Shown: positions 46,238-57,066, numbered from the whole stretch's first letter. The stretch is DNA of 57,618 bases, filler included, from an uncultured virus (IMG/VR IMGVR_UViG_2061766007_001532) (6 parts of one record of this genome joined end to end with filler, not necessarily neighbours in it), one strand, 5' to 3'. Numbers and translations: made by a program. The notes: a model not told the origin generated them from the letters alone.

Positions 46238-48339
46238 GCAGATAAGCCTTATCGTCCTGTAAATATCCTCTTTCGTGATATTTGAGCCGTCGAATGAGTA
46301 TTCTGTTCTTACGGCTTCAACGTCAGCCTTATTATCGTTAGTTGACTTGATCTTGATAGCACCGTACTGACGCAGATTTTCCAATTCTTTATCGTCAAGC
46401 TCGCAGTTGATAAACTTTAAGAATGTCTGAATTGCCTGCTCGATACCGTCAACGTCGTTTGATGTGATTCGGTTATATGCGTCGAGAAGAGGCATTACCG
46501 TTTCAAAAGCTCCGAGCCTTGCGTTGTTTGCCGGGTATTCAAAAATCGGTATCTCGCCTAACGGGTTATTCTTCTCAACGAAGCCTGATAATTTTTCCTT
46601 CTTCTCGTCGCCTAAATTCTCTACTCCGAAAGAGAAAATCTTTGAAGGTGTATATACAACAAAGTTGATGATCGTGCCCGTTGTCTCGCTCTGCGTATAT
46701 GTAACCGCCGCAAGCCTCTTCTTCTTAAAGGTTGAAGAGTAGCCTACAAATGTAGTGCGAGGATCAAGAGTATATAAGTCGTAAGGTGCGTCACCCTTGC
46801 CTACGATTTTAGGATCAAGTGCCTGGACGTATCTGTATGCCGTGCCGCAGATGTGATTCCACTCGATAAGCTCACGATCTAACGCTTCCTTGCCGACCTG
46901 ATTCATGTAGTCGTTGAGGATNNNNNNNNNNTTCACGGTCTAAAGCTTCCTTGCCGACCTGATTCATGTAGTCGTTGAGGATNNNNNNNNNNCGCCAACT
47001 TCGGGTGTACCCTCTGTGTATTGAGCATTTCGCAAAGTGCCTGTGTCTTGACCTGCAAATTCTCGTTATTCGTTCTCTCTGTCTTGACAGTAATATCCGA
47101 TGAACGAATGTCGAGCTTTTCGCCTATCGTTTCCACGATCTTCAAAACGAGTTTGAGCATAAGGCGTTCAGAAGCCTCGAACATCGTTTCGCTTGCTCTC
47201 GCCTTGCTCTCTGTCTTGCTATATCCCGATGAAATCAACATAGCACCGTTATTGGCACTAATTGACTTGCCGTTGCCAGGGACGGGCATACCGCAGATTA
47301 AAAGAATATTTCTGTAAATATCCTCTTTCGTGAGGTTCGCACCGTCAAATGAGTAATCTGTCTTTACCGTATCAACATCGGCAGGTGCGTCTTTGTCAGA
47401 CTTTATCTTGATAGCACCGTACTGTTTCAAGTTTTCCAGAGCGTCGTTATCAAGCTCGCAATTCACGAACTTCAAGAACGACTGAATAATCTGCTCAACT
47501 CCGTCAACATCGTTTGATGTGATTCGGTTAAGAGCGTCGAGTAAGGGCAATACGGTTTCAAAAGCTCCGAGCCTTGCGTTGTTTGCCGGATATTCAAAAA
47601 TCGGTATCTCACCCAAAGCGTTATCGCTCTCAACAAAACCGTCCTTGCTATTGGAGAAGTTTTCGAGAGTATCGAACTTGTTTTGAGCCTTGAATGTAAA
47701 AATCTTTGTCGGGGTATATACGACAAAGCGGATAACCTTACCGTCGGTATCGCTGATAGTGTATGTAACGCCTGCGAGCCTCTTTTTCTTAAAGGTAGAG
47801 GAATAAATTACGAATGTCGTGCGAGGATCAAGTGTATCGAGGTCAAAAGGTGCGTCGCCCTTTTCAACCGTTTTAGGCTCTAATGCCTGCACATAGCGGT
47901 AAGCCGTACCGCAAATGTGATTCCACTCAACGAGGTCTTTATCAAGTCCCTTTTTGCCGACCTGATTCATATATCCGTTAAGGACATTCACGGGGTTAGC
48001 CTTTTCGCCAACCGCAACATAAGTAAAAGGCGTACCCAGGAGATAGGACACCTTAAAATCGACTATATCGTATGCGAGGTTGACTACGACCTTATTGCAG
48101 ATTTCAGGGCGAATCTCTTTCACACGCTCTAAAATAGGCTGCTTGCCTCTGTAATAGTCGTAGAGATAGTTTATGTCGCACCTGTTAGCGATATGTTTAG
48201 GCATAGCGTCGTAGAGAACGCCCATAATGTTTTCGGGTTTAATCTCGTCAACATCGGAATAAATGACACGCCTGCCGAAAAGAGCCTTGCCGTAACCCTT
48301 ATTCGTTGTATCTTTCTTCTCGTTCTCGCCGTCAGCCAT
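46238..48339 (-). CDS. portal protein, SPP1 gp6-like (main allele 46992-48339; second allele 46238-46921; C-termini at 36103-36339 and 50979-51031)
   Basis: YLYDYYRGKQPIL.R.K..RPEICNKVV.NLA..IVDFK.SYL.G.P...GEIPIFEYPANNARLGAFE. Confidence 0.9.
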
Positions 48340-48394
48340 ATCAATACCTCGATTGTAAAGTAAAAAATCGGATAGGTTTACAATTCTCTTATTT

Positions 48395-48448
48395 TCAAAA
48401 TATCAAAATCTTGTGTTTTGTCAACATACGGAATACAAGATGTGGAAT
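48395..48448 (-). promoter_or_regulatory. portal-operon promoter overlapped by tandem NrdR-box-like sites
   Basis: Minus strand TTGACA(48424-48419)-16-TATTTT with an extended TG; 16-mers at 48401-48416 and 48433-48448, 32 bp apart. Confidence 0.55.
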
Positions 48449-48463
48449 TTTCAAATGAAAATA

Positions 48464-48502
48464 CCCTCTACGGAAAAGAACTGACAAAAGAACCGTAGAG
48501 GG
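48464..48502 (-). terminator. hairpin/terminator after terL
   Basis: CCCTCTACGG...CCGTAGAGGG 10-bp stem followed by TATTTTCATTT on the minus strand. Confidence 0.6.
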
Positions 48503-48553
48503 CATTGGTCGGGAATGTGGAGGATAACCCGATGTATTTAGTCTGTTTACACC

Positions 48554-50218
48554 TTACCACGGACGCTTGAATACTTCAACCTTTGCCGAACCGCCACGCT
48601 CGATGAAGTCTGCGACCATAGCAAGGCTATCGGGTGCGTCATCGTGCTTGTTATGTCCCGTAACTCTGAAAGAATAGACATTACACATAAAAGTAATATA
48701 AGGCTTCGACCTTTTGCCCTCGTCCAAGAAGTAAAACTGCCTTATCGTCGGAGCTTTGTCGAATATCCTCATTTCCTTTGCCTGATTATTCGGTGCGGCT
48801 TTGGTGATTATATTTATCTTATGGTTCTTCTTCTCTAAAGCTCGCTCGATTTCCTCGGCATAAGATTTAGTCATTTTATTACATTCTATACGAAGTGCCG
48901 ATACGCCGTGTTCTATGACCTTATCGACTATCAATTTCTGCGTTACGTCCTTTTCGCCGTTATCATAGACCACATCAACGATGTAGATTGAGCCGTCGGT
49001 GTACTGATAACAGACGGGAGCAGCAACGAAGTCGCCACCGCCAAACGCAGGATCGCAGACCATAAACTTACGAACCAACATACTATCATCAGGCAGACCG
49101 CCGTTGTAATAGTTCATATCGGCTGATTCAAATACAGTTCCCTCTCTCTCGATAGGCGAACCCTGATACTGTGCGTTCCAAGAGGCAATATCCTGGTTAT
49201 GGTCAAATGAGGCTCTACGGGAAAGATAGTAAGCGGTATCGAACCCCACGCCGTAATCGTAGTCAAAATTGCTCTCGTCATTCTCGTTTAAGGCAGGGAT
49301 ATTGATTATCTTTCTTCTTATACGCTTATTTTCTTCTCTTTCAAGAACCTCTAACCTCAACCCGATAGGATCGGAATTAGACCACCTTGTACCTTCCCAA
49401 ATGAATTTCGTCTTGCCCTTGCCTCTCGTAACAAGGTTGTTATCTACTATCTGCCAAAGCGAAACCAATCTGTCCTTGTTTATAGCTTCATCAATGCCGG
49501 ACACAAGATCATCAGATATTATCCAACCCGTAGCGTCGCAAGCACCGTTCAAAGTTCCGTGAACAGACCTTGCCGTAACTGACGGATAGTGTTTCTTTCT
49601 TCCTATATCAAATGTCAAGTCCTTACCATTGGTTTTAGGCTCGTCAAAGCCTCTGAATATCTCATTCCAACGGTATGTAACCCTATCGGTTATAACCTCT
49701 AAACAACCGTTATAAAACGCAGTCGTAATCTTGTCGGAATAAGCCGAATACAGATTGCTCATTTCACTATCCTTGCCTGCTTTCCAGGTCATAGCGAAGA
49801 TCATAAGGGTAGATTTGCCTGTTCTCGGCGGTTGGGACAAGAATAATTCGTCTAATTCGTCGTTTTCGAGGCTTTGTATAGCGTCCACAGCGACCTTTAA
49901 GACTTTTCTTCTCGGCAGATAGAACCTCTGTTCGGGTTTTCTGTTCCATTCCAAAGCGATAAGGTAAGAATCGAAGTCAAAAAGAGCCAAAGCGGTAAAA
50001 ATATCCCTGCGAAGCTCGTAAAAATCGCTTGAAATGTCGATATTTCCCTTGACATAAGCCTTGTTTTGTGCCTTTAGACACTCTTTTTCGAGCCATTTAA
50101 GGCTATCGGCATTAGTTTTGGTGTCTTGCAGGCATACATTGTAATAATCTCTGTAATATTTGAACTTATCAGGCTCTTTCTTTATCGCAGAAGCGATCAT
50201 CGGCAGCATATCAGACAT
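48554..50218 (-). CDS. terL: terminase large subunit
   Basis: Walker A SQPPRTGKS, Walker B IISDD, GTRW..DPIG, YQG.P, nuclease CDPAFGGGD...HDDAPDSL. Confidence 0.93.
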   Translation of the reverse strand: MSDMLPMIASAIKKEPDKFKYYRDYYNVCLQDTKTNADSLKWLEKECLKAQNKAYVKGNIDISSDFYELRRDIFTALALFDFDSYLIALEWNRKPEQRFYLPRRKVLKVAVDAIQSLENDELDELFLSQPPRTGKSTLMIFAMTWKAGKDSEMSNLYSAYSDKITTAFYNGCLEVITDRVTYRWNEIFRGFDEPKTNGKDLTFDIGRKKHYPSVTARSVHGTLNGACDATGWIISDDLVSGIDEAINKDRLVSLWQIVDNNLVTRGKGKTKFIWEGTRWSNSDPIGLRLEVLEREENKRIRRKIINIPALNENDESNFDYDYGVGFDTAYYLSRRASFDHNQDIASWNAQYQGSPIEREGTVFESADMNYYNGGLPDDSMLVRKFMVCDPAFGGGDFVAAPVCYQYTDGSIYIVDVVYDNGEKDVTQKLIVDKVIEHGVSALRIECNKMTKSYAEEIERALEKKNHKINIITKAAPNNQAKEMRIFDKAPTIRQFYFLDEGKRSKPYITFMCNVYSFRVTGHNKHDDAPDSLAMVADFIERGGSAKVEVFKRPW

Positions 50219-50221
50219 TAC

Positions 50222-50307
50222 TTACCACCTTCTTCGGCGAATTTGGCGTATTCTGCCCTCAAAGCGTCCTCGTCTATTTCGGGTGCCTGTTCCTGCGTAG
50301 CGGCTTC
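50222..50307 (-). CDS. probable terminase small subunit C-terminus (N-terminus probably 52228-52323)
   Basis: Open frame EAATQEQAPEIDEDALRAEYAKFAEEGGK ending just before terL; position only. Confidence 0.5.
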
Positions 50308-51034
50308 NNNNNNNNNNNNNNNNNNNNNNNNNNNNNNNNNNNNNNNNNNNNTTAATTAATTAANNNNNNNNNNNNNNNNNNNNNNNNNNNNNNNNNNNNN
50401 NNNNNNNGTCCTGTCCGTCCGTGCGGTTAGCCTCTGCTAATTCGGTATAATTTATATTATGGTGAATACAATTTAATGAGATAAAGAGCCTGCAAATGCA
50501 ATAAAATCAAGGGTTTTGGGGTTTTTAAGGGATATAATGCTATTCGGTATAATTCCACTATGAATAATTNNNNNNNNNNGGTTTTTAAGGTAAATAATGC
50601 TATTCGGTATAATTCCACTATGAATAATTATGCGGTCTTTATGNNNNNNNNNNNNNNNNNNNNNNNNNNNNNCAAAACAAACTCACCCGACACAGAAGTC
50701 GTTAAAAGTCAAAATCTGAACCGACACAGAAGTCGTTAAAAGGCAAGGAGAAAAACTTATGGCAAACATCGACACATCAACAATCGAAGGTTACGAGAGT
50801 ATGACCGCCGAGGAAAAGGTCAAGGCACTTGAATCATTCAATATGCCTGATCCTGACTATTCGGGTTACATCAAAAAGGACACATTCGATAAGACCGCTT
50901 CTGAACTCGCACAGGTCAAAAAGGACTTAAAAGCGAGAATGTCAGAGGAAGAAGTCAAAGAGAAAGAGNNNNNNNNNNGCAGTTGGAAAAGTGGGAAGTG
51001 AAAGACAACCCCGAAGAAGATAAGGCGGTAAACA

Positions 51035-51709
51035 ATGGCGAGGAAAACGGAGAAGTACGAACTGACGGACATAATAATCGCCCTGTTACTGAATGAACTT
51101 CGCAGGGAGATAAACCGCCTCGATGTTATGGGGTTCGATATGCTGAACGCACCTAACATCACCAAATACACTAAAGAGCTTGTATCAAGGCTTTTGAAGT
51201 CTAACAAGAGAGAGTATTTGAAGATTGCTAAAGAGGCAACCGACGAGGCGAAAGAGGATATTGAGGCTTTGGGCGTGGCGGCAACGCCTTTAGTCATAGA
51301 CGGGAAGTATGTTGATGAAGTTCTTGGGGAATACAACCCCGTAACGAACTATCTGTACTATCCCGAAGCGGAAAGAAAAAGGTCAAGGCTCGCAGAGGCT
51401 TTGATTACGGCGATGGTAGTAAGCAGCCGAGCAGACTATCACAAACAGTTAAGAAAGTTTGCTGATTTGTGGCATACACAGACAAAGCAATACGGCGAAA
51501 AAATGGTTGACAAGACACGCATAAATACTTTCAAGAAGAACGGTATCAAGCGTGTCAAGTGGGTTACAAAAGAGGACGAAAAGGTATGTAAAGAGTGTGC
51601 CGAGAGGGACGGAAAGATTTACCCAATCGACAAGATACCTGATAAACCGCATTACAACTGTCGTTGTTGGATAGTGCCTCTTTTAGAAAAAGGTAATAAC
51701 GGCAAATAA
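51035..51709 (+). CDS. minor head morphogenesis protein allele
   Basis: GIKRVKWVT..DEKVCKECAERDGKIYP...PHYNCRCW. Confidence 0.85.
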   Translation: MARKTEKYELTDIIIALLLNELRREINRLDVMGFDMLNAPNITKYTKELVSRLLKSNKREYLKIAKEATDEAKEDIEALGVAATPLVIDGKYVDEVLGEYNPVTNYLYYPEAERKRSRLAEALITAMVVSSRADYHKQLRKFADLWHTQTKQYGEKMVDKTRINTFKKNGIKRVKWVTKEDEKVCKECAERDGKIYPIDKIPDKPHYNCRCWIVPLLEKGNNGK

Positions 51710-51828
51710 GCCGAGATTATACGTTAGAGAGAACTAACGATAAATAAACCCAAACGGAGAGAGAACTTCGCAACAAACCCAAAATTTTAGTGTGAGAGAA
51801 CACGATAAAACCCAAAGGAGAAAACATT
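51710..51828 (+). ncRNA. putative cis-regulatory RNA, three AGAGAA-loop hairpins (complete allele)
   Basis: CGTTAG-AGAGAA-CTAACG (51722-39), CGGAG-AGAGAA-CTTCG (51755-70), TGTG-AGAGAA-CACG (51791-804), RBS at 51815. Confidence 0.7.
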
Positions 51829-52217
51829 ATGGCAAACATCGACACATCAACAATCGAAGGTTACGCAGAAATGACCGCCGAGCAGAAAGTAGAGGCTCTG
51901 GAAAAGTACGCTTTCGCTGATCCCGATTATTCGGGTTATGTAAAGAAAGAAGTATTTGACAAAAAGGCTTCGGAGGCTGCAAAGCTCGAAAAGGACTTAA
52001 AAGCGAGAATGTCAGAGGAAGAAGTCAAAGAGAAAGAGAGAGCCGAGGAATTGGAAAAGTACAAGACCGAGGCAGAATCTTTACGCAGAGAGAAGAATAT
52101 CGCTAACAACAAGGCACAGTTCATTACCGCAGGCTTTGATGAAGCACTTGCACAGGAAACGGCAGAGGCACTTGAAAAAGGCGATTTCGCTACGGTCTTT
52201 AAGAATCAGAAAACCGT
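51829..52217 (+). CDS. capsid scaffolding protein (N-terminal part; allele at 50759-50968)
   Basis: IDTS.IEGYAEMTAEQKVEALE....DPDYSGYVKKE.FDKKASE. Confidence 0.8.
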
Positions 52218-52324
52218 NNNNNNNNNNAGCCTGCTTATCTATCATCAGCAGGGCAGCCATATTATCAGACCTGATCTTAGGGTTCTCCCTGCCTTTATTT
52301 CCCTTTATACCGCCTTTTGGCATA

Positions 52325-52705
52325 TTACTTACCTACTTTCACTAACTTTTTCTTATATTTCTTCGGCACACGATAGACCTTACCCGTATATTCGTCCCTA
52401 CGGAGCTTATGTATGCCCTTAAATTCTCTCGGAAGTATCTCGCCCTTATTAGTTCCGACAAGGTAAATGCTCTGCATACCTTTAGGCGGTTTAGGGTTAT
52501 ACACGATCACCTGATAGCCAAACGCTTTAGCCACCCTATACAGTAACCCTACGCCTACGTCCCTACGCTTCATCACCCTTGCGGTATCAAGCGTGTATGT
52601 CAGCCCGATACGAGCCGAAAATTCCTCGCAACTCTCGTATTCGGGACGCTGATTGATGAAGTTTGCCACTATGTATTGTGCTCTTACGCCTTTTCCTCTT
52701 GCCAT
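52325..52705 (-). CDS. basic HTH-like protein upstream of the terminase genes
   Basis: SCEEFSARIG...RRDVGVGLLYRVAKAFGYQVIV resembles an XRE fold. Confidence 0.5.
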   Translation of the reverse strand: MARGKGVRAQYIVANFINQRPEYESCEEFSARIGLTYTLDTARVMKRRDVGVGLLYRVAKAFGYQVIVYNPKPPKGMQSIYLVGTNKGEILPREFKGIHKLRRDEYTGKVYRVPKKYKKKLVKVGK

Positions 52706-52728
52706 AGTCTTGTACCGTCCTTACCCTA

Positions 52729-52757
52729 AAAGTATCTTGTTTGCATACGTCTGTCAA
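52729..52757 (-). promoter_or_regulatory. sigmaA-type promoter for the HTH-terS-terL operon
   Basis: TTGACA(52757-52752)-17 bp-TACTTT(52734-52729). Confidence 0.6.
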
Positions 52758-54122
52758 ATTCTGCACACTTCCCGTTTTCCGTTCATTACTCACGGGCGTA
52801 TGTATATAATTCTTGTAATGNNNNNNNNNNCGAGGTTTACAATGTGATCCTGGCACCTGCAATTCGGTATAATTTTAATTANNNNNNNNNNCACAACTGT
52901 CAAATTCTGCACACTCCCCGTTTTCCGTTCATTACTCACGGGCGTATGTATATAATTCTTGTAATGCTTTCAAAGTTAGTAACAAGCAAAAACAGGCTAA
53001 ATTTCCATGCCGCAAACAGGTGATCGCCTTTTTATTNNNNNNNNNNCCCCGTTTTCTACCCATTACTCACGGGCGTATGTATATAATTCTTGTAATACTT
53101 TCAAAGTTAGTAACAAACAAAAACAGGCTAAATTTCCATGCCGCAAACAGGTGATCGCCTTTTTATTTTTAAAAAAATTTTTCAGAATCGCCTTTTGGGG
53201 ATATAGATATATAGTTCTTATGGTTAAGTATATCTATACTTGGGTTAAGTATTTGTAAGGTATATAAACCGATATGGTTTAGTTAGATATATCGCCTTTT
53301 ATAGTATGAGAGTAAGTGCCTTTTAGTATAAAAAGTAGTCAGAGATATATAGAGAACGCCTTTTTATTCTAAAAGTGGTAAGATAGCCTCCCCTGCCACC
53401 CTGGCGTTTTCCTACTTTCCCCGTGGGTATATGGGTTTAATGNNNNNNNNNNTGCAATAAAATCAAGGGTTTTGAGGTTTTCAAGGGATATAATGCAATT
53501 CGGTATAATTCAATTCTGAATAAATATGCAGCAATAACGGGAGATTATGCAATCATTCAAGACAAATGAAAATCATTTCACTTTCATATGAAAATTGAAC
53601 TCGGTGATTAGATTGTAAAGTGTTCGTGCGTTTTGGTTTACAATCAAGTTCAATCGGGAGACTTTTCGCCAATAATCCACGCCTATAATATTTTTATGCT
53701 GATTTATAGCGATTATNNNNNNNNNNAATAAAGAGCCTGCAAATGCAATAAATAAAGGCATTTCAAGGCATTTCAAGGGATANNNNNNNNNNGCCAATAA
53801 AATAAGGCATTTCAAGGGATTTCAAGGGATACAATGCTATTCGGTATAATTCCACTATGAATAATTATGCGGTCTTTATGCTGATTTTATGCAGTTTGTT
53901 CACTCGAATTTGATAATCATTCTCAATTTTCCGCGGTGATCNNNNNNNNNNAACTGTATAATTATGCGGTCTTTATGCTGATTTTATACAGTTTATTCAC
54001 TCGAATTTGATAATCATTCTCAANNNNNNNNNNNNNNNNNNNNNNNNNNNNNNNNNNNNNNNNNNNNTTAATTAATTAANNNNNNNNNNNNNNNNNNNNN
54101 NNNNNNNNNNNNNNNNNNNNNN

Positions 54123-54930
54123 NATAATAATCTAAATAATCACGCCTAAAACGGATATATATACCTCTTTGATTTCTATCTGCTTTGTTCTGTACTGCTT
54201 TTGCGGTTTTCAAGGCTGCTGCTATTGCCTTTTTATCTTTAATTGTTGCGACGTTTGACACCTTGTAATTGTTTACAAAAATTGCGTCCATATTTACATA
54301 TTGACCTGCTAACTTCCTAACAAACATTGTTAGTCCGCTTTCGTCCTCTAACCTCAAATAATTATTGCCTGCGTATATTTCCACGTTGCCCTTAAAACCG
54401 TATGCGGCGACGGCTGCCGACAATAACAAGCCGTTGACCTTTTCAAAGTCGTTCAAAGCGTCCTCATTTAACATCGGGATTCTTTTGCGGTATGCCCTGA
54501 AGCCGTCGCAGCTTTCGAGCTTGCCGCCTGGCGTCAAGTGTAAACCTGTTAAAACTGCGCGGCTGCCGTCCTTGCTTGCGGTGTATGCTGCCGCTTTGAG
54601 ATCGTCGGCAGGTATTTCACAAACTTTTGTAAAGTCCTCAACGGGTAAATTATAAAAGTCCTGGCAATTTTCGGGTAATTCGCTGCCGCCTTTAAAAATG
54701 CCCGTGTCGGCTGCAAGTGTCAAGGCGTCCTTTGTATAGACTTTGTTCTGTGCCTCTAATGCCTCAACGATTCCGGCAACAAAAATATAAATATCGGCGT
54801 TGTGATCCATAGAACGTGCAATCAAATTGCCGTTATTGTCGGCGTATGCCCTTTCAAATGCCGAAAAGCTGCTCTTGTTTGCAAGTGCCTTCTTAACCTG
54901 GTTAATAAGATTCTTTACTGTGTTCTTCAT
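54123..54930 (-). CDS. divergent DNA polymerase III beta-clamp-like protein (truncated by scaffold end)
   Basis: ASKDGSRAVLTGLHL...LESCDGFR and MFVRKLAGQYVNMDAIF resemble DnaN S.DE.RP.LTG...ATDG.RL and RL.EG.FP.Y motifs. Confidence 0.6.
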
Positions 54931-55203
54931 GGTTTTTATCCTCTTTTCTTTTGTTTTGATTTGATGTGATTAAATTGCCTTGTATCCGTCCTGGATTGCC
55001 TTTTCTTTAAGGTCTCTTATTTCCTTGCGGCTTATCTCTATGCCTTGCGGTATGAATGACGGCATATCGGTATAGGCTTTTGCTTCCGTGTCAATCTTTA
55101 ANNNNNNNNNNTTGTGTTTTCTGTTTCGGGTGCTTGCTCGTAGAATTTCAAAAGATCGGCATACACCTGATATACTTCCGTGGGGTTATAAATTACGCCT
55201 GCC

Positions 55204-56239
55204 TTATGCGTCCCTCCAATAAGTCCAAGAATGAACCTTTGACAATCCGTAACGCTTCAAATAACTATTTACTTTCTTTTCGTGCTCGGCGCGTGCTTGC
55301 TTGTATGCGTCAAGAATGATGTTTAACTCGTCAATAGTTGCGATTCTTACAAGCTGCCCTCTGTATGTGATTTCCTTTCCTGGCATTTCCGCAACCTTGC
55401 ACGCCTGTCCAGCTGCCTCTAATGCGTCGATTACTTCCCACCACTTTATAAAACTAACATACGCAAGTTTGCACGTTTCGGGCTGCTTGTAATAATTCTT
55501 TAAGCCTATAATTACGGCATACTTTCNNNNNNNNNNGGTTGCAATTCTTACAAGCTGCCCTCTATATGTGAGTTGCTTTCCTGGCATTTCCGCAACCTTG
55601 CACGCCTGTCCGGCTGCCTCTAATGCGTCGATTACTTCCCACCACTTTATAAAACTAACATATGCAAGTTTGCACGCTTCGGGCTGCTTGTAATAATTCT
55701 TTAAGCCTATAATTACGGCATACTTTCCGAGATTGTCGGCGGCTGCGTCCGAGATTGCTTCCTGGAGATCGTCGCACCAACGATTGAACGATTCCATATT
55801 CTTTGTTTTGAAGTATTCCTCACTTTTGCGGGCGTGTGCTGCTGCTGCTTGTGCGTCGTCGTAGTCGTATCCGCTTTCGCCAAAACAAAAACGTGTTTCG
55901 ATTCCTTGCTTGTCAATAGTAATGATTTTGCCGTCCGGCAGCGTTGCAAAAGTTGATGTCTTACCGACGCAATAAGAAGTCATTTTGCTATCTTTGCCCC
56001 ATACCTGCGAAAATTCAGCGGTCAAAAGATCCTTTTCGATTTTNNNNNNNNNNATATCCGCTTTCACCAAAGCAAAAATGCGTTTCGATTCCCTGCTTGT
56101 CAATAGTAATGATTCTACCGTCCGGCAACGTCGCATAATTTGAAGTCTTACCGACGCAATAAGAAGTCATTTTATTATCCTTGCCCCATACCTGCGAAAA
56201 TTCAGCGGTCAAAAGATCCTTTTCGATTTTATTTAACAT
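55204..56239 (-). CDS. hypothetical protein (allelic fragments)
   Basis: RBS GGAGG, conserved between alleles; K..IET.FCFGESGYD...YLKRYGLSKVHSWTYWRDA. Confidence 0.65.
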
Positions 56240-56243
56240 AGCC

Positions 56244-56841
56244 TTATACCTCCCTTGTCAACTCGTACTGATTTATAATGTGGTCGATGTACTTCTGTTT
56301 TTCCTGCTCAAAGATTTTGAGTGCTTCCGCTTCCGCTTTCTTGCCCTTTCTTGATACCTCAAGAAGTAAAACCTTAAAACCTGAAAACATTGTGTATGAT
56401 TCAGTAGTAAAACCGCTGCCGCTTGTGCCTCTCCATACGGGCGTAAAATACGCGTAATATCCGCGCTTTTCCATATTGTAATTAAAATAGTTAATGCCTC
56501 CGAGTGAATAATCAAATTTAACTTTNNNNNNNNNNGATGTGGTCGATGTACTTCTGTTTTTCCTGCTCAAAGATTTTGAGTGCTTCTGCTTCCGCTTTCT
56601 TGCCTTTTCTTGATACCTCAAGAAGTAAAACCTTAAAACCCGAAAACATTGTGTATGATTCAGTAGTAAAGCCGCTGCCGCTTGTGTCCCTCCATACGGG
56701 CGTAAAATACGCATAATATCCGCGCTTTTCCATTTTGTAATTAAAATAGTTAATGCCTCCGAGTGAATAATCAAACTTAACTTTGATATTGTTTACCTTC
56801 GAGCCTTCTGCCGTTCCTGCTACCTTAATGTACTCTGTCAT
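56244..56841 (-). CDS. hypothetical protein (two near-identical alleles)
   Basis: MTEYIKV...YSLGGINYF...KRGYY...LLEVSRKGKKAE. Confidence 0.6.
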
Positions 56842-56895
56842 TTTATTTCTCCATTTCTCCGCCGCTTTGATCGGCGCGGCGGCTGNNNNNNNNNN

Positions 56896-57066
56896 GAACC
56901 TGCCGCCGTCGTCCTTAAAGAACTTGTTACCGATTTCAAGCTCTTTTTTGTAGTGATCCCAAGCTGCCGGGGTTAATTCCCTTTTAAGGAATTTGCAAGC
57001 CTTAACCTCAACGCCGTTAATATACTCGTTGAGATTTCCTATGCCTGTAATTCTTTTAGCTAACAT
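56896..57066 (-). CDS. hypothetical protein N-terminus
   Basis: MLAKRITGIGNL... after AAGGTGG; upstream promoter TTGAAT-17-TATAGT near 57113-57141. Confidence 0.5.

Noticed and set aside
50673..50758. Mini-CRISPR (CCGACACAGAAGTCGTTAAAAG twice)
   Set aside because: Spacer only about 12 nt, no cas genes, and the repeats are units of the scaffold-leader hairpin array
26366..54079. Five TTAATTAATTAA palindromes
   Set aside because: Always embedded in N runs; an artificial all-frame-stop contig linker
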